Shown piece after piece: positions 57,022 to 64,000 of a DNA stretch of 64,000 nt. The stretch is from Longimicrobiales bacterium (GTDB lineage Bacteria; Gemmatimonadota; Gemmatimonadetes; Longimicrobiales; Gaopeijiaceae): NCBI GenBank assembly GCA_963664435.2, contig CAXXKM010000003.1, positions 704,001-768,000 of the forward strand, read 5' to 3'. The notes below the pieces were generated by a model. The model did not search any database. It was not told where the DNA came from and saw only the letters and a program-made list of their open reading frames with translations. Within the stretch, counting starts at the first letter, position 1. The number at the start of each line of letters is the position of its first letter. Both the position numbers and the translations under genes were made by a program.

Positions 57022-60000
57022 ATGACCTCGTACCGTCCCCCGACCGGAGCTGCCGCCGCGACCCTGCCCGTCCCCACGACCGCGCCGATGCGCACAACCG
57101 CACGGGCCGCAGTCACGGCCGCCGCCGCGACCGGACTCGCCACCACCACCCCCCTGGCCGCCCTCACCTGGCTGCTCGCCGCGACCTTGCTCCCCCACCC
57201 CGGGACCGCCCAGACCACCGAGCAGAACGACTCGGCCGCCGCCGAAGCGCGTCGCACCAACTCGCTGCCGCTCATTCCCACGCGCACCCTGGACTTCACG
57301 ACCGACGAGGGGACGTGGATCTCGCTGGATCTGTCGCCGGACGGGGAGACGATCGTGTGCGAGCTGCTCGGCGACCTTTACACCCTCCCCGCGACGGGTG
57401 GGGACGCGACGCGCATCACCAGCGGGCAGGCGTACGACATGCAGCCGCGCTACTCGCCGGACGGCTCGATGCTCGTGTTCGTGAGCGACCGCGACGGCTC
57501 CGAGAACATCTGGGTCGCGGGCGCGGACGGGAGCGCGGCGCGCCAGCTCACCGACACCGAACGGGAGAGCTACATGTCGCCGGTGTGGACGCCGGACGGC
57601 GAGTACGTGATCGCCAACAAGGGCACCCAGCTCTGGCTCTACCACCGGGACGGGGGCTCGGGGGTGCAGATGACCGGGCACCGCGAGGACGGCGAGGCCG
57701 CCCCGCCCGCCCACCTGGGCGCGGCCTTCGACGCCGACTCCCGCTACCTGTGGGTGAACGTGCGTGGCCAGGTCGCCGGCGGGTTCGAGACGGCGAGCCG
57801 GCAGAGCCTCATCAACTCCGGCGACATTCTCGAGTTCGGACCCGACCACGCCACGGGCCGCAGTTCGGCCCGCCAGGTGGGGCCCTTCCAGCTCGCGCTT
57901 CTCGACCGCGAGACCGGGCGTGTCCATGTGAGAACGCACGAGCACGAGGGCGCCTTTCGCCCGGTCCCGAGCCCCGACGGACGCTGGGTCGTGTACGCAA
58001 CCCGCTGGGACGCGCGCGAGGCGCTCAAGCTGCTCGACCTGGAAACCGGCGGCGACAGCTGGCTGGTCATGGACGTCCAGAGGGACGACTCGCAGGGCGG
58101 CGGCATGCGCGACAGGGACGTCTATCCGGGATCGGCCTTCACCCCGGACTCGCGCGCGCTGATCACCAGCTACGGCGGCAGGATCATGCGGGTCGAAGTG
58201 CCGTCCGGCGAGGCCAGCGAGATCCCCTTTCGCGCGCACGTCCAGCAGCACCTCGGCCCGCTGGTCAAGTTCGACTACCCCATCAACGACTCCACCATGA
58301 CGGTCTCGCAGATCCGCGGGGCGCGTCCCTCGCCGGACGGCCGCCGGCTGGCCTTCGCCGCCCTCGACCGCCTCTGGATCGCCGATCTCCCCGACGTCGA
58401 GCATCCGCAGACCGGCGCACCCCCCGACCTCGCCGGCGCGCGCCGCCTCACCACCTCCACGGACGTCGAGCACGGCCCGGTGTGGTCGCCCGACGGCCGA
58501 CACATCGCCTACGTCACCTGGAACGACTCCACCGGCGGAGACATCCGGCGCGTACCGGCCGAGGGAGGCGAGCCCGAACGCCTGACCCGCGCCTCCGCCT
58601 TCTACGACAAGCTGGCCTACTCCGGCGACGGCGCCCGGCTCCTCGCCGCGCGCGGCTCGATGATGCACCGCATGCGTACGCTGGAGGACTTCGGGCGCCA
58701 TCATCCGGCATCGGAGATGGAGTACGTCTGGCTGCCCGCCGAGGGCGGGGAGGCGACCCGCATCACCTGGGTGGGCGCGAGCACGACCCAGCAGGGCCGC
58801 AACACGCCCCATTTCGGCCCGGACCCGGAGCGGGTCTACGTCTGGGCGGGCTCCGAGGGGCTCCTTTCGATGCGCTACGACGGAACCGACGTGCGCACCA
58901 TCGTCAAGGTGACCGCCCCCTCGGCCGGACCCGGCGGGAGCTCCACGCCGGACGAGGTGGTGCTCTCTCCCGATGGCCGCCGGGCGATCGTGCGCGCCAA
59001 CCGCAACGTCTTCCTCATCACCGTGCCGCCCGTGGGCGGGAATCCCGCCACCGTGTCCGTCGCGGGCTCCACCACGGTGCCTACTCGCCGCCTGACAACG
59101 GTGGGCGGCGACTTCGTCGGCTGGAGACACGACGGTGGCGCCGCCTACTACTCGATCGGGCGCTCCTTCTTCGAATACGACATCGCCGCGGCGGATGCCC
59201 TCATCGCGGACTCGCTCGCGACCGCACGCGCGGAGGAGAGGCCAGAAGAGCCGGGGGAAGAAGCCGGAGCCGGGGAAACAGATGAGGACGAGGCGGCCGG
59301 GGGAGCTGGAGACGACGAAGCCGACGCTGGAGCAGCAGACACGGCGGCAGGCGACCAGGAAGCCGAGGACGACGATGCGTCATCCCCCGTCTACGCCGCC
59401 GCCCGCTACGACCTCGACATCACCCTCGAAAAGGACAAGCCGCGCGGCGTCATCGCCCTCACCGGCGCCCGCCTCATCACCATGCGCGGGGACGAAGTCA
59501 TCGCCCGCGGCGACATCGTCATCGAGGACAACCGCATTACTGCCGTGGGCGCTTCCGGCACCGTCGCAATCCCCGACGACGCCGAGGTGCGCGACATGTC
59601 CGGCAAGACCATCCTCCCCGGCCTGGTGGACATCCACGCCCATACCTGGGTCGCCTGGGGCGTGCACCGGAGCCAGGTGTCGCAGTTCCTGGCCCAGCTC
59701 GCCTACGGCGTCACCACTCAGCGCGACCCGCAGACCTCCACCGAGGACATCCTCGCCTACAGCGATCTGATGGAGGCCGGACAGCTCATCGGCCCCCGCC
59801 TCTACTCGACGGGTCCGGGGGTCTTCAGCGCGGATCGGATCTCGAGCCTGGACGAGGCCCGCGACGTGCTCCGCCGCTACGCCGACCACTTCAACACCCA
59901 GACCATCAAGCAGTACCTGGCCGGCGACCGCAAGGTGCGCCAGTGGGTCATCATGGCGGCGCGCGAACTCGGGCTCACGCCCACCACCGAAGGTGGCTCG

Positions 60001-60702
60001 AACTTCACCATGAATCTCACCCTTGCTCAGGACGGCTACGCCGGCCTCGAGCACTCGCTCCCCATCAGCCCCTTCTACCGGGACGTGGTCGAGCTGGGAG
60101 CCTTCAGCGGGATGGTCTACACCCCGACCCTGATCGTGGCCTACGGCGGGCCGTCGGGACGTCAACTCTACCTGACCAGCGTGAACGTCGACGAAGCCGC
60201 GCGGCTGCGCTACTTCACCCCCCACGACGAACTCGACAAGTGGAAGACCACCACCTGGTACCGCAGGGACCAGTACCCCCACTTCATGCAGGCCGAGCAG
60301 CTGAAGAAGTGGATGGACGCAGGCGGGCAGGCCGGGCTGGGCTCGCACGGCGAGGTGCAGGGGCTCGGAACCCACTGGGAGCTCTGGATGATGGCGTCCG
60401 GCGGCATAGAGAATCACGACGCCCTGCGCATGGCCACGCTCATGAGCGCGGACGCGATCGGGCTCGCGGGCGACATCGGCTCCATCGAGCCCGGCAAGCT
60501 CGCCGATCTGCAGGTGCTGAACGCCAGCCCCCTTGACGACCTGCGCAACACGACCGACATAGAGTACGTGATGAAGAACGGCCGTCTCTACGAGGCCGCG
60601 ACCCTGAACGAGGTGTGGCCGCGCCGGCGTCCCCTGCCCACCCAGTGGTGGTGGCGGGTCGAGCCGCCGGACGCGGGACCGCCGACCAGGCTGCTGCCCT
60701 AG
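57022..60702 (+). CDS. Secreted PD40/TolB-propeller + amidohydrolase family protein
   Basis: TDEGTWISLDLSPDG, many SPDG repeats, an acidic linker, PGLVDIHAH and GSIEPGKLADL. Confidence 0.92.
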   Translation: MTSYRPPTGAAAATLPVPTTAPMRTTARAAVTAAAATGLATTTPLAALTWLLAATLLPHPGTAQTTEQNDSAAAEARRTNSLPLIPTRTLDFTTDEGTWISLDLSPDGETIVCELLGDLYTLPATGGDATRITSGQAYDMQPRYSPDGSMLVFVSDRDGSENIWVAGADGSAARQLTDTERESYMSPVWTPDGEYVIANKGTQLWLYHRDGGSGVQMTGHREDGEAAPPAHLGAAFDADSRYLWVNVRGQVAGGFETASRQSLINSGDILEFGPDHATGRSSARQVGPFQLALLDRETGRVHVRTHEHEGAFRPVPSPDGRWVVYATRWDAREALKLLDLETGGDSWLVMDVQRDDSQGGGMRDRDVYPGSAFTPDSRALITSYGGRIMRVEVPSGEASEIPFRAHVQQHLGPLVKFDYPINDSTMTVSQIRGARPSPDGRRLAFAALDRLWIADLPDVEHPQTGAPPDLAGARRLTTSTDVEHGPVWSPDGRHIAYVTWNDSTGGDIRRVPAEGGEPERLTRASAFYDKLAYSGDGARLLAARGSMMHRMRTLEDFGRHHPASEMEYVWLPAEGGEATRITWVGASTTQQGRNTPHFGPDPERVYVWAGSEGLLSMRYDGTDVRTIVKVTAPSAGPGGSSTPDEVVLSPDGRRAIVRANRNVFLITVPPVGGNPATVSVAGSTTVPTRRLTTVGGDFVGWRHDGGAAYYSIGRSFFEYDIAAADALIADSLATARAEERPEEPGEEAGAGETDEDEAAGGAGDDEADAGAADTAAGDQEAEDDDASSPVYAAARYDLDITLEKDKPRGVIALTGARLITMRGDEVIARGDIVIEDNRITAVGASGTVAIPDDAEVRDMSGKTILPGLVDIHAHTWVAWGVHRSQVSQFLAQLAYGVTTQRDPQTSTEDILAYSDLMEAGQLIGPRLYSTGPGVFSADRISSLDEARDVLRRYADHFNTQTIKQYLAGDRKVRQWVIMAARELGLTPTTEGGSNFTMNLTLAQDGYAGLEHSLPISPFYRDVVELGAFSGMVYTPTLIVAYGGPSGRQLYLTSVNVDEAARLRYFTPHDELDKWKTTTWYRRDQYPHFMQAEQLKKWMDAGGQAGLGSHGEVQGLGTHWELWMMASGGIENHDALRMATLMSADAIGLAGDIGSIEPGKLADLQVLNASPLDDLRNTTDIEYVMKNGRLYEAATLNEVWPRRRPLPTQWWWRVEPPDAGPPTRLLP

Positions 60703-60706
60703 CAGG

Positions 60707-60740
60707 GTGATACTACCCCAACGCTCATCGTGATACTACC
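60707..60740 (+). promoter_or_regulatory. 11-bp direct repeat upstream of the SelW-like gene
   Basis: GTGATACTACC at 60707 and 60730. Confidence 0.4.
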
Positions 60741-60786
60741 GTACCTCGCGGCCCGGTAGCTCACCAAACAAGGAGGGAGGCGCCCG

Positions 60787-61011
60787 ATGCGCGTATCCAT
60801 AGAATACTGCACTGCTTGAGACTACAAGCCAAAAGCCGTCAGTTTGGCGGCCACGCTCGAGAAGCAGTTCCCCGGCGTTGACATCGAGATGATCCCGTCC
60901 GGCGGCGGCCGGTTCGAAGTCGTTGCCGACGGTCGACTCGTGTACTCCAAGGCCGCCAGCGGCCGCCACCCGACGCATGAGGAAGTCGTGTCGGCGATCG
61001 CGGAGGCGTGA
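60787..61011 (+). CDS. SelT/SelW/SelH (Rdx family) selenoprotein, CxxU motif (UGA at 60817-60819)
   Basis: RBS AAGGAGGGAGG. Translation MRVSIEYCTA*DYKPKAVSLAATLEKQFPGVDIEMIPSGGGRFEVVADGRLVYSKAASGRHP..EEV is the Rdx pattern. Absent from the ORF track. Confidence 0.92.
60835..60851 (+). promoter_or_regulatory. Candidate bacterial SECIS hairpin for the SelW-like UGA
   Basis: GCCGTC-agttt-GGCGGC stem (one G-U pair) starting 15 nt after the UGA. Confidence 0.6.
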
Positions 61012-63032
61012 ACGTGCGCGCCGCCTCCGCCCTTCGCGCCGCCGCGGCTCCTCTGCCGCGTGTGGCGATCGCGGTCAGCGCGCTGCTTTTCGCTGGCGAT
61101 CTCTCGGCCCAGACCTCCCTCTCCGTCGGCCGCACCTTGTCCGGCTCCCTCTCCGAGGGCGACACCGCACGCTATGCCTTCGAGGCCGGGGAAGACTACT
61201 TCGTGCTCGGCGAGGTCGACCAGGTTTCCGCGGACATCGACGTGCGGGTGCTCGGATCGGACGGAGAGACACCCTGGGGGAACTCTTCCGGACCGGGCCG
61301 GGGCGCGGAGCGCTTCGCGGTGCGCCCGCCGGAAGCCGGCGCCTACACGGTCGAGCTCACCCCGGCGGAGGGCGAGTCGGGCGACTACACCATCACCCTG
61401 CTTCGCCTCGAACCGCTCGAGACCGACCCGAAGAGGCTCACGGACCAACTCCTGTCCCGCTACGACGGCGAGGATTCCCCGGGCGCGGCGGTGCAGGTCT
61501 GGCGCGACGGGGAGACGCTCTACTCCAGGGCATACGGCATGGCCAACCTCGCCTACGGCATCCCGTTCGAGGCGGACACGCGAACCAACATCGGCTCCAC
61601 CTCCAAGCAGTTCACAGCCTTCGCCATCATGCTGCAGGCCGAGCGGGGACTGCTCTCGCTGGACGACGACATCCGCAACCACATCCCGGAGCTGCCCGAG
61701 TTCGACCACACCATCACCGTGCGCCATCTCATCACCCATACCTCCGGCCTGCGCGAGTTCCTGAACCTGACGCGCATGACCGGGCGGCGCCTCGACCGCG
61801 GCGACTGGATCGACCGTTCCGAGATCATCGACATCGTCCAGCGCCAGCCCGCGCTCCAGAACGAGCCCGGCGCCGAGTACAACTACAACAACACCGCGTT
61901 CGGGCTGGCCGCGGTCATCGTCGAGCGCACCTCGGGCCAGGACTTCCCCACCTACATGCGCGAGAACGTCTTCGAGCCGCTGGGGATGACCCGCACCCTG
62001 GTCCGTCCCTCGCCCATCCACATCGTCCCGGAGATGTCGGAGGGTTACACGCCCGGGCCCGACGGTTACCTGCAGATCGGCGACCTGGGCGGCGCGGCGG
62101 GAGCCGGCGGCATGTACTCGACGCTCGACGACCTGCGGACCTGGGTGGAAAACTACGCGAACCCGCGCCTCGGCAGCGCCGGGATCTTCGAGGAGATGAT
62201 GACGTCCTACGTCCTCTCCGACGGCGAAGAAACGGGATACGGGTACGGCCTCTCCGTCGACGAGCAGCGCGGCCTCAAGCGCGTGCACCATGGAGGAGCG
62301 GACGTCGCGCACCGTTCGATGCTGGCCTGGTACCCCGAGATCAACGCGGGCATCACCACCCAGAGCAACCATGCGGGCTTCAACAGCGCAGTGGCGTACG
62401 AGCTTGCCGCCGCGTTCTTCGCGGACGCGATGGAGCCGGAGGATGCCGTGGCGGAGGAAGCGGGTGCGAGCGACTTCGATCCCGCCGACTACGACCCCGG
62501 GGACTTCGACGACCTCGCCGGCCGCTACGCGCTCGACGAGACGCCCGCCTTCATCCTCACCTTCACCCGCGAAGACGACACCTTCTACGCGCAGCCAACC
62601 GGCCAGCCGCGTCTCGCGATGGTGCCGACCTCCGACACCACCTTCGCGATCGAGCGCGTGTCCGCGACGATCGTCTTCCACCGCGGGGCGGACGGCACGG
62701 TGAGCCGCATGACCCTGAACCAGAACGGCCTGCACCCCGGGACGCGCGTGCCCGCAGTGGGGGAATCCGACGATGCCGAGCACCTGGCCGACTTCGCGGG
62801 CCGCTACTTCAGCGACGAGATCGAGACCTTCTTCGACATCGTTGTGAAGGATGGCGAGCTGGTCATGAAGCAGCGCCGCCTGGACGAAGCGACGCTCGAG
62901 CCGGGCCAGCCCGACACCTTCTCGGGCGGCGGCTTCACCTTCCGCTTCGAGCGCGACCGCAACGGCCAGGTGATCGGCTACTACCTGTCCAACGGAAGAA
63001 CGCGCGACGTGCGCTTCGGGCGGGTGCGGTAG
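61008..63032 (+). CDS. Serine hydrolase, beta-lactamase/AmpC family, with N-terminal PPC-like and C-terminal accessory domains
   Basis: SxxK (GSTSKQF), LITHTSG, YNYNN and HHGG. Signal peptide present. Confidence 0.92.
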   Translation: MNVRAASALRAAAAPLPRVAIAVSALLFAGDLSAQTSLSVGRTLSGSLSEGDTARYAFEAGEDYFVLGEVDQVSADIDVRVLGSDGETPWGNSSGPGRGAERFAVRPPEAGAYTVELTPAEGESGDYTITLLRLEPLETDPKRLTDQLLSRYDGEDSPGAAVQVWRDGETLYSRAYGMANLAYGIPFEADTRTNIGSTSKQFTAFAIMLQAERGLLSLDDDIRNHIPELPEFDHTITVRHLITHTSGLREFLNLTRMTGRRLDRGDWIDRSEIIDIVQRQPALQNEPGAEYNYNNTAFGLAAVIVERTSGQDFPTYMRENVFEPLGMTRTLVRPSPIHIVPEMSEGYTPGPDGYLQIGDLGGAAGAGGMYSTLDDLRTWVENYANPRLGSAGIFEEMMTSYVLSDGEETGYGYGLSVDEQRGLKRVHHGGADVAHRSMLAWYPEINAGITTQSNHAGFNSAVAYELAAAFFADAMEPEDAVAEEAGASDFDPADYDPGDFDDLAGRYALDETPAFILTFTREDDTFYAQPTGQPRLAMVPTSDTTFAIERVSATIVFHRGADGTVSRMTLNQNGLHPGTRVPAVGESDDAEHLADFAGRYFSDEIETFFDIVVKDGELVMKQRRLDEATLEPGQPDTFSGGGFTFRFERDRNGQVIGYYLSNGRTRDVRFGRVR

Positions 63033-63091
63033 GAGGCATCAATGGGCGGGCCAGCGAGCCCCGCCTCCGCGGACGACGCGTTCGCGCAATC

Positions 63092-63760
63092 TCATCCCGC
63101 TCCGGTCGTCCCGGTAGCGGGGCGGTCACCGCCGATGAACGCGCGAAGTTCGCGGATGTCCTCCCGTGTGCGGTTCTCCGACTCCTGGATGCTGGTATCC
63201 ATCCGCGTCTCCAACTCACGGATGTCCCCGCGGGTGCGGTTCTCCGACTCCTGGATGCTGGTATCCATCCGCGTCTCCAACTCGCGGATGTCCCCGCGGG
63301 TGCGGTTCTCCGACTCCTGGATCCGGGCATTCATCCGCGTGTCCAACTCGCGGATGTCCTCGCGGGTGCGGTTCTCCGACTCCTGGATCCGGGTGTCCAT
63401 CCGCGTGTCCAACTCGCGGATGTCCTCGCGGGTGCGGTTCTCCGACTCCTGGATCCGGGCATCCATCCGCGTGTCCAACTCACGGATGTCCTCGCGGGTG
63501 CGGTTCTCCGATTCCTGAAGGCGGGTATCCATGCGCGTGTCCAACTCGCGGATGGTTTCGCGGGTCCGGTTCCCCGATTCGCGCGCGCGGTGATCCATCC
63601 GGTCCATGCGAGCGGACAGGCCATCTCCCAGCCCCTTGATGGACTTGGCGATCCGCTCATGCGCGTCCCGGCCTTCGCGTCGGATGCTGGCCAGAAAAGG
63701 AATGAACGCGGCCGCCAGGGCGATGCCCGTACCAAACACTCCGATCAATTCAGGACTCAT
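63092..63760 (-). CDS. Membrane-anchored coiled-coil protein with 22-aa tandem repeats
   Basis: N-terminal TM segment MSPELIGVFGTGIALAAAFIPFL, followed by RTREDIRELDTRMDARIQESEN-type repeats. Confidence 0.75.
   Translation of the reverse strand: MSPELIGVFGTGIALAAAFIPFLASIRREGRDAHERIAKSIKGLGDGLSARMDRMDHRARESGNRTRETIRELDTRMDTRLQESENRTREDIRELDTRMDARIQESENRTREDIRELDTRMDTRIQESENRTREDIRELDTRMNARIQESENRTRGDIRELETRMDTSIQESENRTRGDIRELETRMDTSIQESENRTREDIRELRAFIGGDRPATGTTGAG
63147..63580. repeat. 66-bp coding tandem repeat, about 6.5 units
   Basis: Recurrent cggttctccgactcctggat...ccaactcgcggatgtcc every 66 bp. Confidence 0.95.
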
Positions 63761-63933
63761 GCGCGCCTCGCGTTCCAGAGCTGGAGGGAGGTGGGTGACG
63801 CCGCGAGCGCGAGTGCGTGAATGGCTGGGGGGCCGCGAGGCCGTCAGGTCGTGTCGTGGAAACCGCCGGGCGACGGGTACGGTAACAAACTAATTCCGTG
63901 ACCTCGGCTTCGTCCATGTCGGTTTGGGACCGC

Positions 63934-64000
63934 TCAGGTCCTCACCAGAAACGCCAGCAGGAGGCCGGGGAAGAGCACGAACGAGTACAGGTTCCACACC
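63934..64000 (-). CDS. 3' end of a membrane protein (runs off the window)
   Basis: Reads VWNLYSFVLFPGLLLAFLVRT*. Confidence 0.45.
   Translation of the reverse strand, partial: VWNLYSFVLFPGLLLAFLVRT

Noticed and set aside
56815..59130. Long antisense or alternative-frame ORFs (also 28449-30872, 38619-40640, 50498-52558, 60822-62783, 60923-63820)
   Set aside because: These are shadow ORFs of high-GC genes, with no family motifs, overlapping well-supported CDSs.
63147..63580. Regular 66-bp repeats resembling a CRISPR array
   Set aside because: There are no unique spacers, the units are in-frame coding repeats, and no cas genes are present.

Overview
High-GC bacterial chromosomal window. The gene repertoire (RDSAGI-type 6-bladed propeller lipoproteins, PD40-amidohydrolase, FGE-domain paralogues, MSPEL-type coiled-coil protein) suggests Gemmatimonadota, possibly host- or sponge-associated; this is inference. 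From left to right: (i) a 5'-partial peroxiredoxin with an in-frame UGA at its catalytic site and a VOC-family gene; (ii) an ~8.5 kb accessory segment bounded by ~82-bp imperfect inverted repeats, carrying a repeat adhesin-like protein and an Mre11/SbcD + membrane-anchored Rad50/YhaN-like pair, with no transposase; (iii) two divergent FGE/SUMF1-domain genes; (iv) a PotABCD-type ABC transporter, TonB receptor, FKBP, LOG-family protein, alpha-carbonic anhydrase and APC permease; (v) a quinohemoprotein amine dehydrogenase cluster (qhpG, A, D, C, B, F, E) interrupted by vapBC, a direct-repeat-flanked hipBA and an RHH/SRPBCC insert, with qhpG frameshifted; (vi) housekeeping genes (rpe, rpiA, class I aldolase, aroF, argH, argG, trxC); (vii) an apparently plug-less TonB barrel, a Thr/Ser dehydratase, an EgtC-like protein, an S9 peptidase with His->Tyr at the catalytic position, an amidohydrolase, a SelW/Rdx CxxU selenoprotein absent from the ORF track, a beta-lactamase-family hydrolase and a 22-aa repeat protein. 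I found no CRISPR array, rRNA or tRNA. All calls are from reading motifs by eye; no searches were run.
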